64,000 nucleotides of DNA from Octopus sinensis (GCF_006345805.1 NC_043010.1:30380001-30444000), one strand, 5' to 3'. Counted from the stretch's first letter, positions 1 to 14,276 are shown. Translations and numbers: made by a program. Notes: a model not told the origin generated them from the sequence alone.

Positions 1-99
1 GATGGCTTCCCTTGTTGTGTAACTTCCAGCTGTTTGTATTCTAACAGTAACACCTATGATAATACTGATACCAAGCTGTGTCAGAACTAAAGTGGTGGC

Positions 100-600
100 C
101 TTTTCTTTGAATAACACTGGTGGTGTAGAGAGGGAGGAGAGACTTGCATACATGACTAATTGCCAATCTTTCACTAAACACCATGCCCAGGCTGGCAAGA
201 TGCAGATACTTAGTCAACACTGAACAATGGCACCTATTTCTAAGCTATTAGGTTTCAACTTACTATTGCTCAATATCAGCCTCTCCCCCATTATAGAGTC
301 GTTTGAAAAATTTCTACAAGCCCATATGAAATCTTCTGCTTACATCACTGGGTAAATGCTTAGCAGCATTTCATCCATCTTCACATTTTGAGTTGAAATT
401 CTGCTGAGATTGACTTTGCCTTTCATCCTTTCAGGGTTGATAAAATTAGTATCAGTTGAGTCCTGGGATCAATGTAATCAACTTATCCCCTCTCCTGAAA
501 TTGCTGGCCTTGTGCTAAAATTTGAAACCAATATCAGCATGTGTTTCTTGCAAAGCAGCTAGATATTCCAGTTGTTCTTTGGTTTATTCTGATTCACCTG
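100..600 (-). pseudogene. Possible decayed LINE AP-endonuclease fragment, interrupted by a SINE piece
   Basis: Minus-strand QLEYLAALQETHADI motif around 535-570; remainder too decayed to align. Confidence 0.4.
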
Positions 601-3469
601 GAAGTAAAAGAAGGCTTTTTAAAAATATCTTATGGGGTTTAGTGAGAGGAAGAAAGTAGAGCCTTTGACCCTTACTAGTGTTTCTCAGACTGGTAAGAAG
701 AGTGGAAGTTGTCTTCTAATTGGAGACTGGTCTGTATACTTGTAACAGGGTGAGCACTACTATAGAGACTCAAGAGCCATGTGGTGGAGATGGTGTTAAT
801 TTGGGCAAGGATTAAATCTATCATCCAGGAACAGGATCAGTCCCTCTGACAGTCTTCCAAACAATTTTTGCTTATTGAATATCAGCCACAATATTTTGGT
901 CAACGCGAAGCTTTTGTAGAAGTCTCTTGCCCCAAATGCTGTTCGGTGGGATTACTGGGAAGGACAGCATCAAAACAATCTTCTTAACCACTACACAGCC
1001 ATATCTGCATTCATTACAATGTTCTTTGTAAACTGGCTGAGGATTTTACTGCCAACATGCATCAATTTATTGTGGTAGATTCCCACTGTTTTTATGTACT
1101 GAGTCTAGAGGAAGGGGCAGTGCAGATCAAGAGGTGCTATCATTAGCTCATTAACCAGAAAAGACATTACCAGTTGGGCTTTCAGTACTCTTAAGTGTTC
1201 TAACTAACGACCATCTGTAAGTTTTTACCACATGAAATAAGACTGTGTTTTTCATGAAGGGGCCCGCTGAACTACTGAGCTTGATGCTATTGATGTTTCA
1301 TTTGAACTGTTGCAGGTCAGCCTTGTAGAAAAGACATGAGTGGGGAGGAGGTTCCAGCGGGATAAAGACTGGAGAGGAAGGTCTAGGTATGGTGGTTAGT
1401 GCAAGGCCAGGAGCAAGTGGGTGGGGACAGATGCAACAAAAGTGATGGGAGGTGGAGAGATGAGTGAGTTGGGCCTGTCATTATTGGTGGAGGTACTTGA
1501 CCAGCCACTACCGAATTGTTAGTGCATTGGACAAAATGCTTTGTGGTATTTCTGCTGACTTACAATCTGAGTTCCAATTCAACTGGGGTCAACTTTGCCT
1601 TTAATCACTCTGGGATCAATAAGATAGGTACCAGTGTCATACCGGAGCTGATAGTATCAACTAAACCCCTCCTCTCAAGCATGCTGGCCTTGCACCAAAA
1701 TGTGAAACCATTATAATAGCAATATGAAGAAGGATCAGAACACCTGTGAGCTAGAGGCTAGGGTGTATCCCTTTGTGATTGAATTCCAATTAGTTGAATG
1801 GCCCTATTTACAACGCACATTATTTAGTTGACAGGTAGTCAATATAGATTTGAGAAGATATTAAGGACAGGTTGAACTGAGATCACTGTTCCATAAAGGA
1901 CAAAAAGCTTCATGTGGACTAAAGTCAAGATTTTTATATATGTTCCTTTTCTTATCAGGCAGATGAGGGAGATGAGCTAATAGATGTAAGTTTCTTTGAT
2001 ATCATAGAGGGCTTTTAATGGCCAAACTGTTCTGGGTTACTTGCACTGCAGCATACAGAGTTATGTTAGAACAATTAATTGTATTTAATTGAATTATAGT
2101 TATTCAGTATATGTGGTTATGAAGTTCACTCTACACTCATGTGAAGTGAACCCACCATGTAGCACCTTGAGCAAGTGTTATCTCCACACATTTTTTTCTC
2201 TCTCTTTATTTTTTTTTGCTCTCTTTCCATTTTTTTCCCACTCAGTCCTTTCTGTCGAAGAGCAAAGCGTCGAAATATCAAAGACTTTTCCATTCTTCCT
2301 CAGCATCAAACTAATACACCTGCTTGTGGTTCCCTCACCTATCTTCGTCTTTTGTTTTCTGTAAATTTGGACTGTCTGTCTGTCTATCTGTTTATCTATC
2401 TATCTATCTATCTATCTATGTCTATCTATCTATCTATCTATCTCTCTCTATATATATATATGTATGTATGTCTGTCTGTCTATCTGTCTATATATATATA
2501 TGTATGTATGTACATCATCTTCATAATCTTTTAATGTCTAATGTCCATGCTGGCATGGGTTGGACTGTTTGACCAGGGCTGATAAGCTGAGGAGCTTCAC
2601 CAGACTCCAGTCCGATTTTGCATGGTTTCTGTGACTGGATGCCTTTCCTAATGCCAACCACTCCAAGAGTGTAATGGGTGCTTTTATGTACCACCAGCAT
2701 GGGTGTCAGTTGTGTGACACCAGTATCTGCCATGACTGCATTTTACTTGGCTTGATGGGTCTTCTTCTCAAGCATGATGTACTGCCAAAGGTCTCAGTCA
2801 TTTGCCATTGCCTCTGTGAGGCCCAGTGCTCGAAAGGTGCTTTATACATACTACCAGCACCAGTTATGCAACACTAGCATCGGCCATATTGCCTTGCAAG
2901 GCCCAATGCTTGACAGGTGCTTTTTACCTGCTACTGGCACAGATGCCAGATGCTTCCATGAGGCCCAACCCTTGAAACATGCTGTTTACATGCCACCAGC
3001 GCAGGTGCCAGTTATCCGACACTGGTATCAGCCACATTGCCTCTGTGAGGCCCAATGTTCAACAGATACTTTTTACTTGCTAGTTTTGTGACACTGGCAT
3101 TAGATAAGCCTATGATTTCACTTAGCCTATGGGTCTTCTCAAGCATGGTTTATCGCCAAAGGTCTCAGTCACTAGTCATTGCCTCCATGAGGACCAACAT
3201 TTGAAGATCATGCTTTACCACCTCGTCCTATGTCTTCCTGTGTCTACCTCTTCCACAGGTTCCCTCCACTGTTAGAGATTGGTACTCCTTTACACAGCTG
3301 TCCTCATCCATATCCATCACATGACATACCAGTGTACTTGTCTCTCTTGTTCACATCTGATGCCTCTTGTGCCTAACTTTTCTCTCAAGATGCTTACACC
3401 ATGTCATACATGCACACTGACATTGCACATTCAGTAAAGCATGCTAGCACACTTATATATATGTATGTA

Positions 3470-3500
<31 letters not shown>

Positions 3501-3749
3501 GGAGGCGCAATGGCCCAGTGGGTAGCGGACTCGCGGTCGTAGGATTGCGGGTTCGATTCCCAGACCGGGTAATGTGAGTATTTATTGAGCGAAAACACCT
3601 AAAGCTCCACGAGGCTCCGGCAGGGGGTGTTGGCAATCCCTGCTGTACTCTTTCACCGCAACTTCCTGTATACATGTGTGTGGGTGTATATATATTTGTG
3701 TGTGGAAAATATGCAGGTACAATAAGCACTAAAAATGTGCTGACAATAG

Positions 3750-4190
3750 ACAAGCTAGTCTCTGTTGCATGGAAGAGCAAGTTAGCAGTTTTGGAGGAAG
3801 TTCTGAAAGTGTAGTTACTAGAATAAGAACATGCTGGGCAAAGTTCAGAGAGCTTCTACTTTTGTTGGTAACTAAGGGCCTCTCCCTCAGAGTAAAAGGC
3901 AGAATGTATGATGTCTGTGTTCGTACAACTATGTTACATGGCAGTGAAACATGGGCTTTGACTACAGAGGATTTGCAAAGGCTTGAAAGAAATGAAGCTA
4001 GTATGCTCTGCTGGATGTGTGCAAGACAATAGACTATATTGTTTTAGTCATGTGATGTGTATGGATGAGGACACCCACATAAAGAAGTGCAAAGCTCTAA
4101 TTTTGGAAAGGTCAGGCTGAGGACATGTACTAAGAGGATCTTCGGACGCTGGGTCTCACTGAGGAAATGACAAGGGACTAGATGTGGTGA
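3750..4190 (+). pseudogene. RTE LINE 3' ORF fragment, same family as 7500-8945
   Basis: RIRTCWAKFRELLLLL...RVKGRMYDVCVRTTMLHGSETW. Confidence 0.85.
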
Positions 4191-4732
4191 TATGTTGTAC
4201 TTGGCAGTGAGCTGGCAGAAACGTTAGCATGCCGGGCAAAATGCGTAGCCGTATTTCGTCTGCCGTTACGTTCTGAGTTCAAATTCCGCCAAGGTCGACT
4301 TTGCCTTTTGTCTTTTCGGGGTCGATAAATTAAGTACCACTTACGCACTGGGGTCGATAAATTAAGTACCACTTACGCACTGGCGTCGATGTAATCGACT
4401 TAATCCGTTTGTCTGTCTTTGTTTGTCCCCTCTGTGTTTAGCCCCTTGTGGGTAGTAAAGAAATAGATATGTTGTACTTGACAAGATGAGTTAAGCTAAG
4501 TAAAATTGCCATCTTCCACACATCTAGGCTTGTCATCTCAGGTGCTGGTGCCACATAAAAAGCACCCATACTGGTGGTGTGTAAACACACCTGTACTGGT
4601 GGCACATTAAGAGCACCCAGCAGGCATGGAAACCATACCACAACAGGAGTCTGTTCAGCTCCATGTCAAACCATCTGGCCCATGCCAGCATGGAAAGTGG
4701 ATGTTAAATGATGATATATATATGCTGAGACC

Positions 4733-5047
4733 CCCTTCGGCCATGACTGACCATGGAATTACACCTAGAAAGTTACCCTCCCAGGCACAAATCTGGGTAA
4801 GGTGGTTTATGGAAGACCAGCAGTCACCCATGCATATCAGCATCCCCTCGCCACACCACGAGTGTTATCCAAGGGAAAGGCAAAGGCCGATACAGCTTGG
4901 CACCTGTGACATCACAACTCATTTCTACAGCTGAGTGAACTAGAGCAACGTGAAATAAAGTGTTTTGCTCGAGAACAAAACACACAGCCCAGTCCAGGAT
5001 TCAAACTCACTACCTCATGATCGTAAGCTCGACACTCTAACCACTGA
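4733..5047 (-). mobile_element. tRNA-derived SINE family D; second copy 36455-36770 (-)
   Basis: Minus-strand head ggttagagtgtcgagcttacgatcatgaggtagtgagtttgaatcc; body shared with the 36.5 kb copy. Confidence 0.75.
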
Positions 5048-5427
5048 ACCATATGTATATATATATATATATATGTGTGTGTATATATATATATATGTAT
5101 ATGTATGTATATTTATTTATTTATCATATATAAATATGTATATGTATGTATATTTATTTATTTATCATATATAAATATGTATACATACATATAAATATAT
5201 TTACATACATATAAATATATATATATACATACATACATATATATGTATGTATATATATATATATGTATGTATATATATATATATGTATGTATATATATAT
5301 ATATGTATGTATATATATATATATATGTATGTATATATATATATATATGTATGTATGTATATATATATACACATATATATTCATATACATACATTCATAT
5401 ATATATTTATATATATATATACATGTA

Positions 5428-5966
5428 CGAGGGGGTGCCCAAAAGTAACCAGAAATGTATGTGGGACAAGCCTGTTGTAGTTCAGGCTTCTGCTACTAGA
5501 AGCCACTTGATGCAGACCTCAGGTATCAGTCTGCTGACTGGCGTCTCTGGCTGGAGTCATACTGCCATGTGGTGTGTCTTTGTTTTCCAGTGCTTCTCCC
5601 CTGTTTGTTGATTTTTGCAATTGCTGAAACAAAGGAACAGTCTGCTTCTGTGAAATTCTATTTTCTGCTGGAGAAAATGGCAGCTGAAACAGATGTCATG
5701 CTTCAGACAGCTTACAAGGACGCTGCCATGAGCAAAACACAAGTTTACAAGTGGTTTCCATGCTTTAGGAATGGTCATTTGTTGCTTGAAGACCAACCCC
5801 GTTAAGGATGTTTGTTGACCTCCCAAACTAATGAAAACTCCATGAAAATTGATCTTAGAGGACCATCACCAAACAATTGATGGACTTGTTGATATGACTG
5901 GTGTGTCTTGGAGCTTCTACCAATGAATATATTGCAAAATTTTGGTTTCTTTTGGGTACCTCTTTG
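5428..5966 (+). mobile_element. Internally deleted mariner derivative
   Basis: TA-CGAGGGGGTGCCCAAAAGTAACC ... GGTTTCTTTTGGGTACCTCTTTG-TA; HTH remnant EQSASVKFYFLLEKMAAETDVMLQTAYKDAAMSKTQVYKWF. Confidence 0.8.
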
Positions 5967-6240
5967 TACACATACATATACATACATGCATACTTGACTG
6001 CTAAATCCACAAGTTTTTTTATTCTCTCTTTACTCTTTTTACTCTTTTACTTGTTTCAGTCATTTGACTGTGGCCATTCTGGAGCCCTGCCTTTTAGCTG
6101 AAGAAATTGACCCTAGGACTTATTCTTTGTAAGCCTAGTACTTATTCTATTGATGTCTTTTGCTGAACTGCTAAGTTATGGGGACATAAACACACCACCG
6201 ACATTGGTTGTCAAATGATGGGAGGACAAACACAAGCACG

Positions 6241-6274
<34 letters not shown>

Positions 6275-6590
6275 ATGAGCTTCTTTCAGTTTCCATCTGC
6301 CAAATCCACTCAAGGCATTGGTCAATCTGAGGCTATAGTGGAAGACACTTGCCCAAGTTGCCATGCAGTGGGACAGAACTTGGAACCATAAGGTTGGGAA
6401 GCAAGCTTCTTACCATACTGCCGCTCCTGCATCTGTTTATTTTCTCTTATTCTTTTCTGTTGAAGAGCATAGGCTTGAAACATAAAAGACTTTTTCACTT
6501 TCCCAAGAGTGAAACTAATACACCTGCTTGTTGTTCATACACCTGTCTTCATCTTTTGTTTTTTATGAATTTCAGCTATAGATATATATA

Positions 6591-7425
6591 CAGGGTGCAA
6601 TGGGTAAATTGTCACCATATTATATTTTAATTTCATACATACACATTGTTTGTTGATGATTTTGTCGACTATACAGTATTGTCGGGTCAGTTGGAGACCA
6701 TCTGTGAGAAAAACAGCACCATGACACAATTCACTCTGCCAGAAATGTGGAAACGATATGCTGTACTCCGATATGAACATTTCTGTGTGTTTGGGTGTCA
6801 AACTGAGGACAGCGCAAGCTGAGGACATGTACTGAGAGTGATGAAAATCAAACCTCCAGTCGACATTATGGCATTTGGTGTGATCACTAGTGATGGTGAC
6901 GTTATGCCTCCATTCATCTTCTCACACGGCCTGAGACTGAACACAGAGGCTCTACCTGGAGGTGGTAGTGCTGCCCAGGGTCAAGAGGGTGACTGCTGGA
7001 AGACCCTATGTCTGTCAACAGGACTCAGCACCGTACCACACAAGCAGGAGAACTCAATCATGGCTGTCAGACAATTTCTGCAACCACATTACCCCTGACA
7101 TCTGGCCACCTAACTCCCCAGACTGCAACCGCCTTGATTATTATGTGTGGGGTGCAGTTGAGCTAGAGACCAACAAAACTGAAAAATGAACTGAAGGCAA
7201 GGATTATGGCAGCATTCACTGACTTAAACAAGGAGACCATCCAGAAGAGTTGCAGGAGATTCCGAGGTCATCTGGAGGCCGTGGTTGAAGCCAATGGCAA
7301 TTTTATAGAATAAATTTACTCTTTAGTATTTAAAGATATTTTTATGTAATTTTGGTAAATATATCTGTTAAAATGTTATTTTCATTTTTACATCATTTAG
7401 ACTACTGTTTATTCACTGAACCCTG
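6591..7425 (+). mobile_element. Internally deleted Tc1/mariner element of maT/DD37D type
   Basis: TA-CAGGGTG ... ACCCTG-TA ends; VMAFGVITSDGDVMPPFIF, QQDSAPYH, WPPNSPDCNRLDYYVWG. Confidence 0.85.
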
Positions 7426-7499
7426 TACAGGGCTATTAGGGAAAAGAAATAGATATGGAAGGACTGGAAGTGTGGTGGTAGCAGGGAACTGTATCAGAC

Positions 7500-8945
7500 T
7501 GCCAGAAGGGAAGCTAGGAGACAGGTTTACTTAACAAGAGGGGAAGCACAGATAAGAAAAATTTGCCAATGTTCAGTGTCGTGAGAACCAGAGACTTGAA
7601 GTGTTTCATATTGCAAAACAGTATGTGAGAGAGAATCATGATGTCATAGGAGATAAAAATGTGTCTGCATAGATGATGGCTCACTTGCATTTAATGATGC
7701 TGCGAAGAGAGAGACTTGGAGACACCACTATGAAAGGTTGCTAAATTAAGGGAATGAATGGGAGAAAGAGAGTCTGTCAAATGTCGACCGAACAGAAGGA
7801 TCAGCTATTTGAATTGACAGTACCTTGGTAGATAAAGCAATTAAGGGTATCAAGACAGGAAAAGCCCCCAGCCCATCAGGAATCACTGCCGAGATGGTTA
7901 AGATGTCAGGCAGTGTAGGCTGTAGTCTAGTCACTTGTATTGTCAACCAGGTGATACATGAAGGTGTCATACCCAATGACTGGTGTAGCAGCACCATAGT
8001 CAACTACTACAAAGGTAAAGGTGACACATTAGACAAGAGTAGCTATGGAGGTATTAAGTTATTAGATCAGGTGATGAAAGTTACAGAGAGGGTCATAGCC
8101 CAACTAATTAGGGAGAGAGTTAGTTTAGATGAGATGCAGTTTAGGTTTGTGTCAGGGAGAAGCACCATTGATGCTATTTGTCTGGTAAGACAGCTGCAGG
8201 AGAAATACCTAACCAAAGATAAACTTCAATACTTGGTTTTCATTGACATGGAGAAAACCTTTGACAGGATCCCTTGATCCCTTGTCTGGTGGTCATTGCA
8301 GAAACTAAGGATAGATGAGTGGTTGGTGAGATCTGTACAAGCCATGTACAGGGATGCTGTCAGTAAAGTTAGGGTTGGCAATGAAGAATTCCAGATAGAA
8401 GTAGGGGTTCATCAAGGATCAGTCCTCAGCCCCCTCTTACTCATCATAGACTTCCAGGCAGTAAAAGAGGAATTCAAGACAGGCTGCCCCTGGGAGCTCC
8501 TCTATACTGATGTCCTTGCTCTAATAGCTGAGTTACTACCAGAACTAGAGAAGTTTCAGGTGTGAAAGCAAGGTCTAGAATCGTAGGGCCTTAGAGTCAA
8601 TCTAGCAAAAACCAAAGACTTAGTAAGTAGGAAAGCAGACAAATCACAAATCCCGTCAGGTAGATGGCTCTGCTCAATCTGTAGAAAAGGCATAGGTAGA
8701 AACTCCTTAAGATGTACCCAGTGTAAGCTATAAACACATAAGAGGTGCAGCAATATCAAGGGAAGGTTAACTGGGAAGATAGTTTTTGTGTGTGGCAGAT
8801 GCACAGGGGCAGTAGGCACCGAAGATGTACAGAAGTAGTTGATAGCTTCCGTTACTTAGATGACCAAGTCAGTAGCAGGGGGTAGATACTCTGAGAGCAT
8901 AGCTACTAGAATAAGAATAGCTTGGACAAAGTTCAGAGAGCTTCA
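7500..8945 (+). pseudogene. RTE-clade LINE reverse transcriptase, disrupted
   Basis: GKAPSPSG, YGGIKLLDQVMKVTERV, QFRFVSGRSTIDAI, VFIDMEKTFDRIP, GVHQGSVLSPLL, LLYTDVL, followed by a Cys-rich segment. Confidence 0.92.
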
Positions 8946-10056
8946 CTGTGTGCCTGCTAGAAATTTTGTGTATCTATTAGATTTGGAAAACATTTATCCA
9001 ATGCGGTAAAGAATTCCCTAGCAATCCCTGATGATATTTGTAATCTATAGATAAGATTATGCCACAGAACATCTAATTTCTTATACTTTTTGTTCACTCT
9101 ATTGTTACTAATATATGCTGTGGAAGCATCACCATTTAATGGGTTATATTTAAACTTCCTATTTTGGTGTTCCTTATTTTCAGTTCCTATTTTATTTTTA
9201 TTATATTTTTTCTTATTCATAGCTTATTGTAACCATCTCCCTATATTTTGTATTTATAATTGTGTGCCTTTATGTGAGGTTTAGTTTCCTTAGTATTGTA
9301 GCCACTAGAGTTAACTATATTATTATATTCATATATATTATTTTATTTTTATTTATAAACTCTATGGACACAAAGAAATTCCTGAAGTAAATCCAGTGGC
9401 ATACTCCTCCATACAGTAGTTGGCATCAGGTAGTTGAACAGCATACTTCAAGGTGCATATCCTAATATAAAATTATCACACACATACACAAATCAAATGG
9501 AAATTGTAATTGTGATACCTGTGCCGGTGGCACGTAAAAAGCACCTTGACTGGCTTCCGTGCCGGTGACACATAAAAAGCACCAACCGATTGTGGCTGTT
9601 GCCAGCCTCCTCTGGCACCTGTGCTGGTGGCATGTAAAAAGCACTACACTCACAGAGGAGTGGTTGGTGTTAGGAAGAGCATCCAGCTGTAGAAACACTG
9701 CCAGATCAGACTGGAGCCTGTTGCAGCCTCCTGGCTTCCCAGACCCCAGTCGAACCGTCCAACCCCTGCTAGGATGGAAAACAGACGTTAAACGATGATG
9801 ATGACATTCACACACACACGTGTGTGTGTTTGTCCCCCATTACTGATTGATAACTGGTATTTGTAGGTCCCATAACTTGACACTTCAGTAAAAGAGACTG
9901 GAAGAATAAATATCAGGCTTTACAAAACAATAATATGTTTACTGGGGTCGATTCATCTGACTAAAATTCTTCAAGTTGATGCCCCAGCATGGCCACAGTC
10001 TAATGACTGAAACAAGTAAAAGATATGTTTGTGTGTGCATGCATGCACGTGCATGT

Positions 10057-10095
<39 letters not shown>

Positions 10096-10097
<2 letters not shown>

Positions 10098-10660
10098 AGG
10101 GTGGGCTGGAAAGTTCATAGGCTGACTATGAAGGATTAATGCTAGAGCTGTCAAATTTTGCATGCATTAATTTCAACCATTCTTATTGGTTACTGCATTG
10201 TTTCTTTCCAGCTGAATTTGCGACTGACTGTTCAAAGACAACTTCAAAAGTAACTAGTAGCGATTTCTTGAAAATGTCAAAATATGGCATCGTCTTGTTA
10301 TCAAGTACCTGCAGAAAAAGGGTTTAGCCCCCAAGGACATTCATGCTGACACAGTAGCTATATTAGGGGATGACACTCTAGAGTACAAAAGTGGGCAGCT
10401 GAATTTGGGGTAGGTGGGGAGGAAGAGTCTTGAAGATAACCTAATGTCTGGACATCCTGCAACTGCTACCACTGAAAAAACATTGTGTTCACCACATGGT
10501 GATAGATGACAGGTGATTGACTATAAATCAAATAGCCTGGGCTATTAGCATACCTTATGAGAGAGTTGAGAATATTCTGAACTATGAACTTGGCATGATG
10601 AAAGTTTCTGCTCATCAGGTGTATAAAGTGTAACAGATTGTGCCACTTCCACAAACTATT
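10096..10660 (+). mobile_element. Decayed mariner 5' fragment
   Basis: TIR-like TGAGGGTGGGCTGGAAAGTTCATAGGCTGAC; HTH remnants KYLQKKGLAPKDIHAD and LTINQIAWAISIPYERVENIL. Confidence 0.65.
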
Positions 10661-10759
10661 GTGCCTGTGCTGAAAAGAGGAGCAGTGCCACATGACATGA
10701 GAGGCTATGATATTGTTATCTTGCACAAGAGCGAAGGTGGGCAGAAGCAGCTGTAGTAA

Positions 10760-11260
10760 TTACAGAGGAATCTCTTTACTGAGCATCATTGGGAAGGTCT
10801 TTGCTTGTGTGGTCTTAAATAGTTTGCAAAAAATGACTGAAAGAGTCTCAGTATAGCTCCATCCCTTCAACAGCTACAAGAAAAATGCAGACAGCAAAGA
10901 ACCTCTCTGTGTCACTTTTGTTGACCTCATGAAAGCTTATGACCTTGTAAGTAGAAACAGCTTGTTCAAAATCCTTGCTAAAATTAGATATCCTCCAAGC
11001 TTACTTAGGATTATCCATTCAGTCTATGCAGACATGAAAGATATTATATAGCTTGATGGCTCTTCCTTGGAAATCCTCACCACTTGCAATGGAATAAAGC
11101 AGGGCTTGCCCCGACTCTGTTTGACATCCTCAATTGCTATCATGCTGAAGCACATTTTTGAAACATCAAGTAACAGTGTTTATCTTAACATAAAATGAAA
11201 CAAGAAACTGCTCCATTCATCTTGACTGAGGGTGAAAACCATAGCACACTTAGGTATGCC
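10760..11260 (+). pseudogene. RTE/BovB-like RT fragment
   Basis: RGISLLSIIGKVFA, QLQEKCRQQ, FVDLMKAYDLVSR, NGIKQG. Confidence 0.8.
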
Positions 11261-12061
11261 TCATCATCTGCAAACAAGAAAAACTTCTGGTATAATAAAA
11301 ACAAATTCCAAGAGATGATGTTTATTGAGGCTACATCCAAAGGTGAAATAGCCTGCAAATTTAGATAGTACTACATGACACAAAACTTTAAAATCTATTA
11401 AATCATTACTGTGTGAGTCATAACCATTTAAAAAGATACCGTGAACCAACAACAACAGCTGTAAAATATGCACAACAAATTCAGAAATAAACTGCATAAC
11501 TAGAGGTGTGTGCTGTATGAGATGCTTGGAGAAGAATTGTAAAAAGACCACCACAAACTACCTTGGAATGAATTGCAGAACACTAAGAGAAATACCAGGG
11601 AAGAAAATAAACATCTGTATTCTATCAACATACCGTATTGAAACACAATGGCTTGATGATAAATATTGAAGTAAAAATTCTTACCAGATATCCTGAAGAC
11701 CCAACCTTATGACAGATTACAAAAGCTGTACAAATACATTCAGCTGAGCTCTTCCCTCCCACATAATTAATATGAAGAACATGAAGCTTAACATCTCCCA
11801 CCACCCTGCCAGTGACAACCTACCAATACATTGATTCTAGAATAAGGATAAAATAAATAAAAAAAAAGCATCTAAAATCAGCTAACACCCACACCTACTG
11901 ATGCTAGCAATGAGAAAGCAAAGAGAAGCTAGTTTAAGTGAAGGTATCCTCAGCTCACATACTTACATGCTTTCTACAATGGAGATATAACAAAGGGGGA
12001 AAAAATCAGATGGAGAGTAAATAGTAAACATGTTGAAGAAAAATAAGCATGTAAGTATATA

Positions 12062-12465
12062 GGCGCAGGAGTGGCTGTGTGGTAAGTAGCTTGCGTACCA
12101 ACCACATGGTTCCGGGTTCATTCCCACTGCGTGACACCTTGGACAAATGTCTTCTACTATAGCCTCGGGTCGACCAAAGCCTTGTGAGTGGATTTGGTAG
12201 ACGGAAACTGAAAGAAACCCGTCGTATATATGTATATATATATATGTGTGTGTGTGTGTATATGTTTGTGTCTGTGTTTGTCCCCCCAACATCGCTTGAC
12301 AACCGATGCTGGTGTGTTTACGTCCCAGTAACTTAGCGGTTCGGCAAAAGAGACCGGTAGAATAAGTACTAGGCTTACAAAGAATAAGTCCTGGGGTCGA
12401 TTTGCTCAACTAAAGGCGGTGCTCCAGCATGGCCACAGTCAAATAACTGAAACAGTAAAAGAGTA
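12062..12465 (+). mobile_element. tRNA-derived SINE family B with internal microsatellite. Other copies ~6030-6430-, 14355-14762-, 32225-32600-, 50512-50907-, 35200-35830+
   Basis: Head ggcgcaggagtggctgtgtggtaag...ccgggttcattccc, conserved body and tail recur across the window. Confidence 0.9.
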
Positions 12466-12809
12466 TATCCATTGAGGAAATTACAGATTGGTGTAGTGAA
12501 AAATATTAACAAACAGCAAAGGCTTTGGTAAAAGATATGAAATATGTTCTAAAACAATGCAACTGGTGAGTGTGTTTATAGGTATTATTAATGATGGCTC
12601 ATCCCAAATATAACTGTATATATATATATGTGTGTATATATCATCATCATTTAGTGTCCGCTTTCCATGCTAGCATGGGTTGGACGGTTCAACTGGGGTT
12701 TGTGAAGCCAGAAGGCTGCATCAGGCCCAGTCTGATCTGGCAGTGTTTCTACGGCTGGATGCCCTTCCTAACGCCAACCACTCCATGTGTGTAGTGGGTG
12801 CTTTTTACG

Positions 12810-12849
<40 letters not shown>

Positions 12850-12866
12850 CCTTATATATATATATA

Positions 12867-14138
12867 TAAGGTCATCCCATAAGTTCTGTCCAAATTTTGA
12901 ATGAAGAAAACAAGTGATCAAATGTTATATATAATTGAAATTTAATCATCAATGTACTTTCCCTGACTATCTATGTCTTCCTTCAATCTATTTACAAGTT
13001 TTTTAATCCCATCAATGTAAAACTTTTGGTTTCAAAGCGAAGAACTCCGAAATGTCAATTTCGACCTCCTCCTGGCTTGCCAAAGTTATGTCCCTCAAAT
13101 GATTCCATAAACTACGAAACAAATGGTAGTCTGAAGGAGCAAGATTGGGAGAATAAGGTGGATGAGGAATTTTTTCCCAGCCAAGCTCTTCGATCTTCTG
13201 TGATCTTTGCAGTGTGGGGTCGTGTATTGTCCTGATGAAACATCACTCCTTTTTGATTCATTAAAACGGGTCTTTTTTTCTTCAAAGCTTGGTCCAAATG
13301 CTCTAATTGCTGACAGTAGACTTCAACATTGATTGTTGCATTAGGTGGTAACAATTCAAAGTGAATTACTCCTTTGCAATCCCACCAGATAGAGAGAAGA
13401 ACCTTTTTTCCATGAAGTTCCCTTCTCGGTTGTGGTTGAGTTTTTTCCCTTTTACCAAGCTACTGTTTACAATGTTTAACATTTTAATAGAAGATCCATT
13501 TATTGTCACCAGTTACAAGTCTATCCAAAAAGGGTAAAATTAGTTCACGAGAATGGAGAGAAGAGCAGATGTCAACTTGGGATTTGCAGTTGCTTTCGGA
13601 CAATTCATGAGGCACCCATTTTCCAAGTTTAGGAACCTTTCCAAGTTGTTGAAGATGATGATGAACAGTTGTATGGTTTGAACTAAGCTTTGTTGCCAGT
13701 TCTTCAACTGATAATGCAGGATTTTCTTCAAGTAATGCCTCAAGGAGCTTATCATCAAACTCAACTGGACGTCCTGTTCGATCTTCATTTTCAAGGCTGA
13801 AATCTCCACTTCTGAATTTTGCAAACCATCTTCTGCAAGTTCTTTCATTCAAGCATTCTTTCCCATAAACTGAGTGCATGTTTTGAGTCGCTTTGGCTGC
13901 AGAGTTTCCTTTTTTGTACTCATAAAGCATTATGTGCCTTAAATGCTCTTTGGATACTTCCATGTTAGCAAGGGTTTTAATCAAAGAAATTTAAGTTCTA
14001 TTATTCTGTAAAATAATATTTATATTTACACAAATGCATAAAAATAATTTTTAATTCCATTAAACGTTCTAAAATACTATTAAATTTCATTCAATTTTAA
14101 AAAAGGTAAAATCGAACAGAACTTATGGGATGACCTGA
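12867..14138 (-). mobile_element. Full-length mariner (DD34D-type) element, 1272 bp
   Basis: TIRs T(A/C)AGGTCATCCCATAAGTTCTGT, TA target sites at 12865-66 and 14139-40. Confidence 0.92.
12942..13963 (-). pseudogene. Mariner transposase pseudogene (stops and frameshifts)
   Basis: MEVSKEHLRHIMLYEY... WVPHEL, LVTGDNKWIFY*, FHQDNTRPH, PHPPYSP-like motif, ends KYIDD*. Confidence 0.92.
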
Positions 14139-14235
14139 TATATATGTATATAGATAGATAGATATACACACACACAAACACACATACATATATATATACA
14201 CACACACACATATATATATATATACACACACACAC

Positions 14236-14276
<41 letters not shown>

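Noticed and set aside
4319-4383. 32 bp direct repeat as a regulatory element
   Set aside because: Internal slippage duplication within a family A SINE.
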